Shown piece by piece: positions 11,091-21,306 of a stretch of DNA of 45,186 bases. Within the stretch, counting starts at the first letter, position 1, and each line of letters starts with the position of its first letter. The stretch lies in the sequence record SRR20825010_1457. One strand, written 5' to 3'. The notes beneath the pieces were generated by a model. It made no database searches, had not been told where the DNA came from, and saw only the letters and a list, made by a program, of their open reading frames with translations. Position numbers and translations under genes: made by a program.

Positions 11091-11246
11091 AAACTCACTT
11101 TAAACTTTATGACTTTCAACATTAAACCTGAAACTTTTTCCCTGCCAACTGCCACTGCCTACTGAATACTCTTCAATCTCAATACTCAATACTATGTACT
11201 CAATACTAAGCTGAACTTTCAACATTATAACTTTCAACTTTTAACT
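11091..11246. repeat. Mosaic of other ~7-bp C-rich repeat tracts
   Basis: AACTTTN-type units (about 11097-11138 and 11214-11246), CTGCCNA-type (11142-11170), AATACTC/AATACTA (11181-11208). Confidence 0.75.
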
Positions 11247-11258
11247 AGTTCCTGCCCA

Positions 11259-12176
11259 CTAATTTACCCCGATTGGGCTATCATCACATTTAAGGTCCCC
11301 CACAACGTATTGCATGCCATCCAAGAAGAACTGAAGCAATTCCGGATTGTCCATACTTTGGGCATTGTGGGATGGAGAGGTGTAAAATACCCTGCCTTTA
11401 CCATGCCTCTTGATCCAGGAAACATATATGGTATTGTCACTGACTGCCTTCTTAACCCCTTCTAGTTTGTCCGCTTCAATGTACAGTAGCGGTCTAAAAT
11501 TATAATCGGAATAAGCATTGTTGAAGAAATAGGGCTCGTCCACATGGGTAAATCCATTTCCCTTAAAGGCCTGTACCATAGGGTGGTTTGGATTAACCTC
11601 TTTTAAGTGCATTTCCTGTTGCTTGGGGTGGTAGTCAAAGCTGCCCCCTGTCATTTTGCTAAACTCCTTGGAGTTGTTCTGTACGGTAATGGCACCATGT
11701 AGGATCATTAGACCACCTCCCTTGGCCACATAATCCATCAAATTATTTTCGTATTCTGCGGCCTTTATGGCAATGGAATTGTCGTCCAGGCTACTATTCT
11801 TCTTTAACAAATCCCAGAACAGGTCCCTTTTTGGCCCTGCCGGATTTGAGTTGTTCAAGATTATGGCATCGTATTGCTTTAAGTTCTTCTTCTCAAAGCT
11901 GTCAATGTCCCTTGCAATGGTAACCTCAAAGGCCCCGGATTTTGTAGCTAAAATTTTCAGCATTTCGTCATTGTGGGGAATGGTCCAATGGTAAAATCCT
12001 GTATGCTGCGAAAAAACCATTATTTTTTTTACATCGGCCTTGACCCTCGGCGCGGACGGTGCCAAAGATTCTATTTTGGCAAGCCATTGATCGGTTATTG
12101 GAAATTCTTCTAGTCCTTGGGCGAAAATTGTGCCAACATAAAGAAAAGTTAGTAAGGTGTAAACTGCTTTGTTCAT
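11259..12176 (-). CDS. ThuA-like domain protein, exported
   Basis: Signal peptide (TIFA-Q); GFYHWTI, YVAKGGGLMILHGA, GGSFDYHP, DEPY, VSWIKRHGKGRVFYTSPSH typical of the ThuA fold. Confidence 0.82.
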   Translation of the reverse strand: MNKAVYTLLTFLYVGTIFAQGLEEFPITDQWLAKIESLAPSAPRVKADVKKIMVFSQHTGFYHWTIPHNDEMLKILATKSGAFEVTIARDIDSFEKKNLKQYDAIILNNSNPAGPKRDLFWDLLKKNSSLDDNSIAIKAAEYENNLMDYVAKGGGLMILHGAITVQNNSKEFSKMTGGSFDYHPKQQEMHLKEVNPNHPMVQAFKGNGFTHVDEPYFFNNAYSDYNFRPLLYIEADKLEGVKKAVSDNTIYVSWIKRHGKGRVFYTSPSHNAQSMDNPELLQFFLDGMQYVVGDLKCDDSPIGVN

Positions 12177-12185
12177 TGTAAATAA

Positions 12186-13202
12186 TTAATTAAATGTGGA
12201 TTCTCTCTTTATTAATTTATGTCTAAGGGTAATGGAATTAGCGGGCTGCAAGTTGATACTGCCGTTCAACTGACTTATTACACTTTGTCCCGCCAAAATT
12301 CCCATTTCGTATCCAGGGTAATTTACGGTGGTTAAAGTAGGGGTAACCAAATCCGATATAGGGTCATTGTTAAAACCGACTATTTTTATGTCCTGTGGAA
12401 TTTTATAATTCTCTCTTTTTAATGCTTTGATGATATGGGCGGCAAAATTATCACTGGACACAAAAAGTCCGTCTACCGCATTTTTCATACTTTTTATATA
12501 ATGAATCACGGAATCCACGTCATCAGGACTTAGATCGGTTTCCAAGAAATGGGACTGGTCAAAATCCAGTTGGTGTTTCGCAATAGCGTCCTTAAACCCT
12601 TCCAGCCTGTCCAAATATACGTTACGTTTTATATTTCCGCCAACGTAAAGTAAGTTTTTGCAGCCTAATGATATTAAATGTTCCGTAGCTTCAAATCCGG
12701 CTAGTCTGTTATTGATGATTATCGTGGAGCAATTGGGTAAATTGTGTACCCTATCAATAAATATAAGAGGGATTTTATTGCGGATGTAATGCGCAAAATG
12801 GTCAAAATTGGAAGTGTCGTAGGCCAAAGATACCAAGAGAGCGTCCACTCCGCTATCGTAGAGCGTTTTTGCATTTAGTTTTTCCTTTTCCATGGATTCC
12901 AAAGACTGACTGATAATCAAATTGTAGCCGGCGTCATTGACTATTTTTTCGATGCCTGCCAACACGGTGGACATAAATATGGAATTTAATTTAGGAACGA
13001 TGACCCCTATGGTATTGGATTTCTGTTTGCTGAGGTTTACTGCAAATTTATTGGTCTTATAGCCCAGCTCATTGGCCATTGAGATAACCCTTTCCTTGGT
13101 TTTCATACTTATGGATGGATGGTCGTTAAGACTTCGACTTACCGTTCCGGCCGAAACACCTAGCGTTTTGGCCAGATCGTATATGGTTATTTTCTTGCTC
13201 AT
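12186..13202 (-). CDS. LacI family transcriptional regulator
   Basis: HTH TIYDLAKTLGVSAGTVSRSLN followed by a sugar-binding domain; divergent from susC. Confidence 0.96.
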   Translation of the reverse strand: MSKKITIYDLAKTLGVSAGTVSRSLNDHPSISMKTKERVISMANELGYKTNKFAVNLSKQKSNTIGVIVPKLNSIFMSTVLAGIEKIVNDAGYNLIISQSLESMEKEKLNAKTLYDSGVDALLVSLAYDTSNFDHFAHYIRNKIPLIFIDRVHNLPNCSTIIINNRLAGFEATEHLISLGCKNLLYVGGNIKRNVYLDRLEGFKDAIAKHQLDFDQSHFLETDLSPDDVDSVIHYIKSMKNAVDGLFVSSDNFAAHIIKALKRENYKIPQDIKIVGFNNDPISDLVTPTLTTVNYPGYEMGILAGQSVISQLNGSINLQPANSITLRHKLIKRESTFN

Positions 13203-13364
13203 GGGTTCATCCCTGAAAATTGTTGCACGGGTTTCGAAACAATATTACATAATAAAATGTATTAATTAAAACAACAACGATAATTTTGTAGAAAAATATA
13301 GAATAAGTAATATATGTAGGTAAAAATTACACATTTTTAAGGTTAGTTGTGAAATAAAGTAATA

Positions 13365-13392
13365 TTTATTACGCAATCGGTTGCGTAATAAA
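13365..13392. promoter_or_regulatory. LacI-type operator
   Basis: TTTATTACGCAA-TCGG-TTGCGTAATAAA: perfect 12-bp arms, central CG typical of LacI-family sites, between lacI and susC. Confidence 0.85.
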
Positions 13393-13411
13393 ATGCAATT
13401 AATTAGATTTG
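13380..13411 (+). promoter_or_regulatory. susC promoter (-33/-7)
   Basis: GTTG (13380-13383), 20-nt spacer, TAGATTTG (13404-13411) matching TAnnTTTG. Confidence 0.65.
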
Positions 13412-13487
13412 TTCGCAATGAAGCTGTGATTGCGACTCATCACGGTGCGACTTAAATTCAATAACTACCAACTTTAAAAAATTATGT

Positions 13488-16400
13488 ATGAGAAATTTAT
13501 TTAAAAAAGTTAGGTGCAGCGCTCTAATACTTATGATGCTGTTGTGCACCTTATTTTCGGCTTCTGTCTATGGACAAGATGGCTTCATGGTTTCGGGAAC
13601 CGTGATTGATGATCTGGGCCTTCCCTTGCCTGGTGCATCCATTGTTGAAAAGGGAACGACCAACGGCGTAGTTTCCGATTTTGATGGAAACTTTAGCTTT
13701 GAGGTGGCCAATCCGAATGCCACATTGACCATTAGTTATGTTGGCTTCGAAACTCAGGAACTGCCCATAAATGGTAATTCTGTATTAAATGTCACAATGC
13801 AAGCCACGGCTTCTACCTTGGACGAGGTGGTTTTGGTGGGTTACGGTGCGGTGAAAAAGAAAGATCTTACCGGAGCAATTTCACAAGTGGATGCCGATGC
13901 GCTTTCAGATCAATCTACGAACTCGGTTACCGATGTGTTGAGAGGTAATGTAGCTGGTCTTAGTATCGGACTTTCTGCCTCTCCAAAAGGCACTAGTCAA
14001 ATTAGGATTCGTGGTAACAATAGTCTTAGTGCCGGCTCCAGTCCTTTGATAGTTGTGGACGGAATGATATATAATGGGGACTTGTCCGATATAGCTCCCT
14101 CAGATATTGATAAACTGGATGTTATGAAAGATGCCAGTTCTGCTGCCGTTTATGGGGCCAGAGGAGCCAGCGGTGTAATTTTGGTCACCACCAAAAGAGG
14201 TACTAGCGATAAGCCAACTATTAATATTAATACCAGTGTTGGGATAGCAACGGATGCCTATAAGGAAAGACCTTATGATGCCCAGGGTTACGCAGACTGG
14301 AGAACAGATGTATTTAAAAGTATTAACCCGCAGAACACCATTGACGATCCAGGTAGATATGATAACCCCAATAACTTACCGGCCGGGGTAACCTTGGATC
14401 AATGGCTGGCCTATGATGGGTCTGCCGGAGACCCTACAAGGGCTTGGCTGAACAGGATAGGATTTCAGGATGTGGAAATAGAAAACTATTTGGCCGGCAA
14501 CAACATTAACTGGTACGACCGAATTATGCAGACTGGATTTCGTAACGATATAAACACTAGTATCTCCGGACGAAATGGAGGGTTGAACTACTATTGGTCC
14601 ATTGGCCGTACTTCCAACGAGGGTATAGTAAACGGTGAAAAGTTTGAGGCTCTACGTTCGCGCTTAAATTTGGATGCTAAAATTACGGATTGGTTAACCG
14701 TAGGTATGAATACCCAATTTGCCAAGCGTAATGAAGGTTTTATTGCGGCAGATAGAGGTCAAATTGAAAGATCTTCACCTTGGGGTTCTGAATTTGACGA
14801 TGAGGGAAATATCCGTCTAAGCCCTCAGGACGACAATGGGGCAGGGGCGGTTAACGCATTTTTGGCTCAAAAATTTAATGATCGTATAGACTTGGATCAT
14901 ACATTTAATTCAAGGGTGTATGCCAAGATTAAGTTGCCATTGGGCTTTTCATATGAAGTGGGGTATACCAACCGCTTGGAATTTCAAGAATATTACAACC
15001 ATGCCATGGCAGCTAGTCCACAAAACGTAGTTGGTTCGGCAGAGAGACAAGTGACCAAGATCAATGAATGGCAATTGGACAACATTTTGCGTTGGGACAA
15101 GACCATTGATAAGCATTCTTTTAATTTGATGTTTTTGGTGTACGGCGAAAAATATCAAAGTTATTTCACCCGGGCCAGGGCAAACACCTTTGAGCCCAGT
15201 GATGCCCTGGGTTATAGTGCCTTGGAATTGGGTACGGTGCAGACAGTGGACAGCGAAGATGAAACAAGTACTGGCGATGCGGTAATGACTCGTTTGAATT
15301 ACAATTACGATTCCCGTTATCTTCTTACCCTGACAATGCGTAGGGATGGTTATTCCGCCTTTGGAGAAACCAATAAGCGGGCATATTTTCCATCAGTAGC
15401 CGGGGCTTGGACCATTTCCAATGAATCTTTTTTTAATTCGGAATTTGTTAATTTCCTTAAACTTAGATTGTCTTACGGGGAGAATGGGAACCGTGATATT
15501 GGTAGGTTTACAGCCTTATCTAGGTTAAATGCCAATAAATATCTAAATGTTGATGCCGGTGGAAATGTTATAACCGTACCAACTTTTGATAACGGAACCC
15601 AAGAAAATACCGAGTTAAGATGGGAACGTACCAAGGCGACCAATTTAGGATTGGACTTTAGTTTGGCCAACGGAATTGTTGAAGGTTCCATTGAGGCCTA
15701 CCAGAATATCACCAACGATCTTATTGTTACTAGGCAGTTGCCGAATATTATAGGTTTTAATAATGTGACCACGAATTTAGGTGAGATAGAAAACAAAGGG
15801 TTGGAGTTTACCCTGGCCTCGCAAAATATCAATAGGGAGAACTTTCAATGGAATACCAGTTTTAATTTCTCATTGAACAGGAATAAGATCAGGAAATTGT
15901 ACGGTGATCTGGACGAAAATGGGGAGGAACTGGATGATATTACAAACCAACGCTTTATAGGGCAGGCCACAGACGTTATATGGGGTCAGGAAGCCATAGG
16001 TATCTGGCAGACAAATGAGGCTGCTGAAGCCGCCGAATATGGTGTTTTCCCGGGGGATTGGAAAATAAATGATGTGGATAATAGTGGGGACTTCACCGTG
16101 GAGGATAATGTTTTTCAGGGTCATAGATCACCGCGATTCAGTTGGGCCATGTCCAACAGGTTTACCATGTTGAAGAATTTCGATTTTTCCTTTGAGGTGT
16201 ATTCCAATTGGGGGCAAAAGAGGGTATTTAATGAGGCAAAAAACAGAAACGGTTTTATCGATAGGACCAATTCCATACAAACACCTTACTGGACGCCTGA
16301 AAACCCTATAAATGATTATGCCAGATTGTTTTCCAGTGATGGTAGTTCCAATTTTTCGATTTGGAGGGATGCTTCATTTATTCGATTAAGTAATATTACT

Positions 16401-16616
16401 ATCGCGTATAGATTTCCAAAACCCTTTCTTGAAAAGCTGTCTTTACAAAGTCTTAGGTTATATGCCAACGCTAGAAATGTTGCGGTTTATGCGCCTCATT
16501 GGGATTTTTACGATCCAGAACCGACTAATATTGATGGAAGAAATTCTAACGGTACCAACGATTCAAGTTTGCCGACACCCAGGTTTTTCACCTTTGGAAT
16601 TGATTTAAGCCTTTAA
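13488..16616 (+). CDS. susC: SusC/RagA TonB-dependent transporter
   Basis: PLPGASIVEKGTTNGVVSDFDGNF, LDEVVLVGYG, KDASSAAVYGARGASGVILVTTKRG, C-terminal PRFFTFGIDLSL. Confidence 0.97.
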   Translation: MRNLFKKVRCSALILMMLLCTLFSASVYGQDGFMVSGTVIDDLGLPLPGASIVEKGTTNGVVSDFDGNFSFEVANPNATLTISYVGFETQELPINGNSVLNVTMQATASTLDEVVLVGYGAVKKKDLTGAISQVDADALSDQSTNSVTDVLRGNVAGLSIGLSASPKGTSQIRIRGNNSLSAGSSPLIVVDGMIYNGDLSDIAPSDIDKLDVMKDASSAAVYGARGASGVILVTTKRGTSDKPTININTSVGIATDAYKERPYDAQGYADWRTDVFKSINPQNTIDDPGRYDNPNNLPAGVTLDQWLAYDGSAGDPTRAWLNRIGFQDVEIENYLAGNNINWYDRIMQTGFRNDINTSISGRNGGLNYYWSIGRTSNEGIVNGEKFEALRSRLNLDAKITDWLTVGMNTQFAKRNEGFIAADRGQIERSSPWGSEFDDEGNIRLSPQDDNGAGAVNAFLAQKFNDRIDLDHTFNSRVYAKIKLPLGFSYEVGYTNRLEFQEYYNHAMAASPQNVVGSAERQVTKINEWQLDNILRWDKTIDKHSFNLMFLVYGEKYQSYFTRARANTFEPSDALGYSALELGTVQTVDSEDETSTGDAVMTRLNYNYDSRYLLTLTMRRDGYSAFGETNKRAYFPSVAGAWTISNESFFNSEFVNFLKLRLSYGENGNRDIGRFTALSRLNANKYLNVDAGGNVITVPTFDNGTQENTELRWERTKATNLGLDFSLANGIVEGSIEAYQNITNDLIVTRQLPNIIGFNNVTTNLGEIENKGLEFTLASQNINRENFQWNTSFNFSLNRNKIRKLYGDLDENGEELDDITNQRFIGQATDVIWGQEAIGIWQTNEAAEAAEYGVFPGDWKINDVDNSGDFTVEDNVFQGHRSPRFSWAMSNRFTMLKNFDFSFEVYSNWGQKRVFNEAKNRNGFIDRTNSIQTPYWTPENPINDYARLFSSDGSSNFSIWRDASFIRLSNITIAYRFPKPFLEKLSLQSLRLYANARNVAVYAPHWDFYDPEPTNIDGRNSNGTNDSSLPTPRFFTFGIDLSL

Positions 16617-16632
16617 TAAAAAAATAATAGCA

Positions 16633-18480
16633 ATGAGAAATATAATATACAACTATCGAAAAGCCTTTTTAAGCTTTACCCTAATTGTTGCCATAACCTT
16701 CACGGGTTGTGAGGAAGAATTTTTGGATGCCGATCCGCAATCGTTCTTTACACCAAGTAATGCCTTGGATACACCAGAAGGATTAAATAGTCTTTTGTCC
16801 CAAGCCATGAGGAATTTAAGGGCAGAGTACTATGGAGATGGGGCTCCAATGATTACTGAGAATATCTTTTCCGAAGTATCGGTAGAAGGTACAACGGATA
16901 AATCAGGTCCGGCGCAGGATTTAAATCTTTTAATACTACCTGATGCCAATCTAAACTCTGCCAATTTTAATCGAATTGGATGGTTTTGGGAGGAATTCTA
17001 CAAAGGCATAAAGTATGCCAATACCGTAATAGGAAGATTGGACGATGCTACCTTTGAAAGTGATGCTCAAAAGAATGATATTTTAGGTCGTGCCCTTTTT
17101 CATAGAGCTTACCGATACTATAGATTGACCCAGCAGTTTGGGGATATTCCTTTGATATTGGAGGAGATTACCTCGGCTAGGTTAGACTTTGTTACTACGG
17201 CCAGGGAGACCATCCTAATAAAAATGCAGGAAGATCTTAATATAGCCGTCCCCTTGGTAAATGAAGTAGCCAACAATGGGGATATTAATAGGGATGCAGT
17301 TTTACATTTGTTGACCAAGGTTAATCTTGCGTTGGGCGATTTTGATGCTGCAATAGCATCTTCTTCCCAGATAATCAATGGCAGCACCCATACTTTAACT
17401 ACGGATCGCTTTGGGATAGATGCCGGTAACGCATCAAAGGATGTTACTTGGGATTTGCACCGTGTGGAAAACAAAAGTATCCCTGGAAATACTGAAGGAA
17501 TATTGTTGGTTATAGACAGGTTGGGATATGAGGATAATGGTGATTATGCTGGTGGTACAAGTATCCAAAGACAAGCGGTGCCCCTTTGGTGGCGCTTTAT
17601 CAACACACCAGATGGTCAGAACGGAATGTCCGATGCCCCTGGAATAGATATAGATCAGGTGACTGCCATTGGCAGGGGAATAGGTAGAAATAGAGGTACG
17701 CATTACAGCACCAAAGAGATATGGAAAAATTCCAATAACGATCAACGTCACAAATTGGGCAATTGGTATGATATGGAGGATTTGGTTTATAATGCACCTA
17801 GCTTACAAAATTCCGGAAATTCCTATTATGGGAAAAATCTGGAGCTTTATTTGCCCAATGGGACTCCGCTATGTTCGGATACTATAAGAAACTGGTATGG
17901 TTTTCCACATTACAAATTTTTTGTTCCGGATCCCCTGAATGTAAAACCGGCCGGAGGGCATGGCGATTGGTATGTGTACCGTATAGCTGAAACCTATCTG
18001 TTAAGGGCTGAGGCATACTTTTGGAAAGGAAATTTAGGGCTTGCCGCTGAGGACATTAATGTGGTTAGAAGAAGGGCAGAGGCCGATGAGATTACGGCTG
18101 CGGATGTGGATATAGACTACATTTTGGACGAACGTGCACGGGAATTGTATTATGAGGAGAATAGGAAAACAGAACTGACGCGTATTGCTTACATTTTTGC
18201 AAAGACTGGTAAAACAGCCTATAATGGTAAGACCTACAGTCTGGCTAATTTTTCTACGGATAATTTTTGGTACGATCGGATAATGGAGGTTACGGACTTT
18301 TATAACCTAGGCGTTAAGACAATTCATGGGGATGAATATACCATGAGTCCATATCACGTGCTATGGCCAATTCCTGCCTCAGCGATCAATGCCAATACCC
18401 AGGGAATAATAAATCAGAATGAAGGGTACCCGGGAGCAGAGAATAATATCCCGCCATTGACGACCATACCCGAAGAATAA
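16633..18480 (+). CDS. susD: SusD/RagB nutrient-binding lipoprotein
   Basis: Lipobox FTGC; RAYRYYRL..FGDIP, RIAETYLLRAEA, ILDERARELYYE, WPIP, QNEGY. Confidence 0.96.
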   Translation: MRNIIYNYRKAFLSFTLIVAITFTGCEEEFLDADPQSFFTPSNALDTPEGLNSLLSQAMRNLRAEYYGDGAPMITENIFSEVSVEGTTDKSGPAQDLNLLILPDANLNSANFNRIGWFWEEFYKGIKYANTVIGRLDDATFESDAQKNDILGRALFHRAYRYYRLTQQFGDIPLILEEITSARLDFVTTARETILIKMQEDLNIAVPLVNEVANNGDINRDAVLHLLTKVNLALGDFDAAIASSSQIINGSTHTLTTDRFGIDAGNASKDVTWDLHRVENKSIPGNTEGILLVIDRLGYEDNGDYAGGTSIQRQAVPLWWRFINTPDGQNGMSDAPGIDIDQVTAIGRGIGRNRGTHYSTKEIWKNSNNDQRHKLGNWYDMEDLVYNAPSLQNSGNSYYGKNLELYLPNGTPLCSDTIRNWYGFPHYKFFVPDPLNVKPAGGHGDWYVYRIAETYLLRAEAYFWKGNLGLAAEDINVVRRRAEADEITAADVDIDYILDERARELYYEENRKTELTRIAYIFAKTGKTAYNGKTYSLANFSTDNFWYDRIMEVTDFYNLGVKTIHGDEYTMSPYHVLWPIPASAINANTQGIINQNEGYPGAENNIPPLTTIPEE

Positions 18481-18535
18481 TAGTTGTATTGAGTTAATTA
18501 GTTTTTTGTAAATTTCATCATCCAAACCTATTTTA

Positions 18536-19762
18536 ATGAGACATATTCTCCTCGCTTGTTTTTTAGTTTTCCTATTATCATGTAATGATAACGAGAAGTA
18601 TAGTTTCAAAATAGTGGAGGATGATGGAATTTTTCAATCTTCGCCAATTTCATTAAAAGTGGAAGCCATAGGGCTCGAAGATACGAACGGCCAAGATAAT
18701 TTGGCGTTGACCTCTAACGGGGAACAAATTCCATTTCAATTTGACAAGGATAAAAAACACATATGGTTTGTTCATGATTCAGGCAACAAAGGTTCTTATG
18801 AAATAGTAAGGAAAGTGAGTGTCAACGAGGGCTCGGGTGGCATAAAAATGGAAAAGAACAATGGGGATCTACAATTGATCAAAGGTTCTATACCCTTACT
18901 TACATATAGATATGGAATGACCTATCCTCCAGAAGGGGTGGATTCCATTTTCAAAAAATCCGGGTATATTCACCCTTTACTTTCTCCTTCCGGTGATACC
19001 ATTAGCCGTATTCAACCCCCTGATCATTATCATCATTATGGTATTTGGGGACCATGGACACATACCCAGATAGAAGGTGAAAGGGTAGATTTTTGGAATT
19101 TGGTGGAGGGACAGGGAACGGTCCTTTTTAAGGATTTTAACGACACTAATTCTGGAGCTGTATATGGGGGCTATAGTACGCGCCAAGAGCATATCAACCT
19201 AAAAGCTTCAGCGGATAAGCGCATAGCGTTGAACGAGGACTTGGAGGTGAAGGTGTGGGACCTGGGCCGCCCAGATAGGTATATGGTAGATTATACATCC
19301 AATTTTAATTCGCCACTGGAAAACGGTATTCTTTTTGAAGCGTATCGATATGGAGGTGGTCTTGGGATGCGGTTTACCGAACGTTGGCACAAGGATAATT
19401 GTACAGTGCTTACCTCCGAGGGCAACGATCGCCTTACTGCCGATGGGACCAACGCCCGTTGGTGTATGGTTACCGGGGAATCGGCCGACGGCAAGGGAAC
19501 CAATGGTGTTTTGTTTTTAAGTTACCCGGAGAATAGAGCTCATCCGGAACCAATGCGTGTTTGGCCTATTGATGGCAACGGAGGAAGGGGAGATATGTTT
19601 TTCGAGTTTTGCCCAATTCGGCATGAGGAATGGAAAATAGAGCCTAATAAGGATTATCGTTTAAAATATAGGATGGTGGTATTCGACGGCAAACTAACTG
19701 CCGAGGAAGCTGAATCTTATTGGAAGAGTTTTGCAGAAATGCCTAGAATTGTAATAGAATAA
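18536..19762 (+). CDS. DUF6807 / 'PmoA family'-like lipoprotein of unknown function
   Basis: Lipobox LLSC; SGYIHPLLSPSG...PPDHYHHYGIW, VDFW, YRYGGGLGMR, NRAHPEPMRVW motifs recalled for this family. Not a methane monooxygenase (soluble, no TM helices). Confidence 0.65.
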   Translation: MRHILLACFLVFLLSCNDNEKYSFKIVEDDGIFQSSPISLKVEAIGLEDTNGQDNLALTSNGEQIPFQFDKDKKHIWFVHDSGNKGSYEIVRKVSVNEGSGGIKMEKNNGDLQLIKGSIPLLTYRYGMTYPPEGVDSIFKKSGYIHPLLSPSGDTISRIQPPDHYHHYGIWGPWTHTQIEGERVDFWNLVEGQGTVLFKDFNDTNSGAVYGGYSTRQEHINLKASADKRIALNEDLEVKVWDLGRPDRYMVDYTSNFNSPLENGILFEAYRYGGGLGMRFTERWHKDNCTVLTSEGNDRLTADGTNARWCMVTGESADGKGTNGVLFLSYPENRAHPEPMRVWPIDGNGGRGDMFFEFCPIRHEEWKIEPNKDYRLKYRMVVFDGKLTAEEAESYWKSFAEMPRIVIE

Positions 19763-19827
19763 ACCCGAGGACAAGGGTTAATACCCATGTTTTCAGCCAA
19801 ATAATTTGTAAATTAAAATCAAAAAAG

Positions 19828-21204
19828 ATGCAAAGAAGAAAGTTTATCAACAACTCCTTATTGACTACTGCAGCTGTTGTTGGATTTCCAACTATAGTAC
19901 CGGCAAGCGTATTTGGGAAAAATGCACCGAGCAATAAGATCAATATCGGGCAAATTGGTTGCGGAAGAATAGCCCGTGATCATGATATTCACGATACCAT
20001 TAGATTTGACCAATCCCGTTATGTTGCAGTATGTGATCTGGATTCCAATAGGGCTGCCGATGCAAAGGTATTGGTAGACAAGTTCTATAAGGAGAAGACA
20101 GGGAAGGATAAATATATGGACACCAAAATCTACGACGACTATCGCGAAATGTTACTTAATAAGGACATTGATGCGGTGGTTATTAGTACCCCGGACCACT
20201 GGCATTCACAACCAGCTATGGAAGCTGCCTTGGCCGGAAAGGATATATACCTTCAGAAGCCAACCTCCCTTACGGTAAGGGAAGGCCAGCAGTTACGTGA
20301 TGCGGTTCAGAAAACGGGCGTTATTCTGCAGGTAGGAACCCAACAAAGGGCTATGCCCCAGTTTAGAGTAGCTGCGGAGTTGGTCAGAAATGGCCGTATA
20401 GGTAAAATCCATACGGTGAAAATTGGGCTTCCAGGGGATCCGGCAGGACCTGAAGCACCAGCAATGCCGGTTCCTAAAAATTTAAACTTTGACATGTGGT
20501 TGGGATCAACACCAGAAGTTCCCTATACCGAAATAGGTGTTCATCCGCAGCAGGGCTATAGTAGGCCGGGCTGGCTTCGTCTTAGAAGCTATGGAGCAGG
20601 TATGATAACAGGTTGGGGACAGCACCATTATGATTCCGCAGCATGGGGAATGGATACTGAATTAACAGGGCCAAAATCCGTAGAGGCTTTGGCAGAGTTT
20701 CCAAAGTCGGGTCTGTGGAACGTGCATGGTGATTTCTTTGTGAAACACGAATACGACAACGGAATTACAGTTTATACCAGTGGAGGTTATACCAACGGAA
20801 TACGTTATGAGGGTACGGACGGATGGATTTTTGTGTCCCGAGGGGCCTATCAAGCTTCAGCCTCAGATCCTGTGGATCAGGAAAAGAGTGCCAAAGCCCT
20901 TAATGCCTCTGATCCCAAAATATTGGAATCGGTAATCGGTGATAACGAGACCCATTTGGAGAAGATCGATGATCAACACGGTAACTGGTTGGATTGTATT
21001 AAAACAAGGAAAGCTCCGATTTCACCCATTGAAAAAGGACACAAGGCCTGCGTAACTTGTTTGATCAGTGATATCGCCATGCAATTTGATAGAAAATTGG
21101 AGTGGGACAATGATAAGGAAATGTTTATTAACGATGATGAGGCCAACGCCATGTTGCACAGGGAACAAAGAAAGCCTTATGGTACCGACTTTGTGAAAGT
21201 TTAG
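19828..21204 (+). CDS. Gfo/Idh/MocA family oxidoreductase, Tat-exported
   Basis: MQRRKFI twin-arginine leader; IGCGRIA, DAVVISTPDHWH, IYLQKP, VGTQQR, FDMWLG, WGQHHYD. Confidence 0.92.
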   Translation: MQRRKFINNSLLTTAAVVGFPTIVPASVFGKNAPSNKINIGQIGCGRIARDHDIHDTIRFDQSRYVAVCDLDSNRAADAKVLVDKFYKEKTGKDKYMDTKIYDDYREMLLNKDIDAVVISTPDHWHSQPAMEAALAGKDIYLQKPTSLTVREGQQLRDAVQKTGVILQVGTQQRAMPQFRVAAELVRNGRIGKIHTVKIGLPGDPAGPEAPAMPVPKNLNFDMWLGSTPEVPYTEIGVHPQQGYSRPGWLRLRSYGAGMITGWGQHHYDSAAWGMDTELTGPKSVEALAEFPKSGLWNVHGDFFVKHEYDNGITVYTSGGYTNGIRYEGTDGWIFVSRGAYQASASDPVDQEKSAKALNASDPKILESVIGDNETHLEKIDDQHGNWLDCIKTRKAPISPIEKGHKACVTCLISDIAMQFDRKLEWDNDKEMFINDDEANAMLHREQRKPYGTDFVKV

Positions 21205-21234
21205 TAAACATGTTATATATTTAACAATGTAAAA

Positions 21235-21283
21235 AATAATCCCTCCTTTGGTCAAAAACAGGTTGAACAATGGAGGGCTTATT
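21235..21283 (+). other. Intergenic imperfect hairpin
   Basis: AATAATCCCTCCTTTGGTCAA...TTGAACAATGGAGGGCTTATT between the two oxidoreductase genes. Confidence 0.5.
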
Positions 21284-21306
21284 GTTATCCGTAATAAATC
21301 CGATAA

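Noticed and set aside
10986-11246. CRISPR array or coding repeat
   Set aside because: Units are 7 bp with no unique spacers, no cas genes nearby, and stop codons occur throughout.
18536-19762. Methane monooxygenase subunit (from the 'PmoA family' label)
   Set aside because: Soluble lipoprotein with no TM helices and no pmoB/pmoC neighbours.
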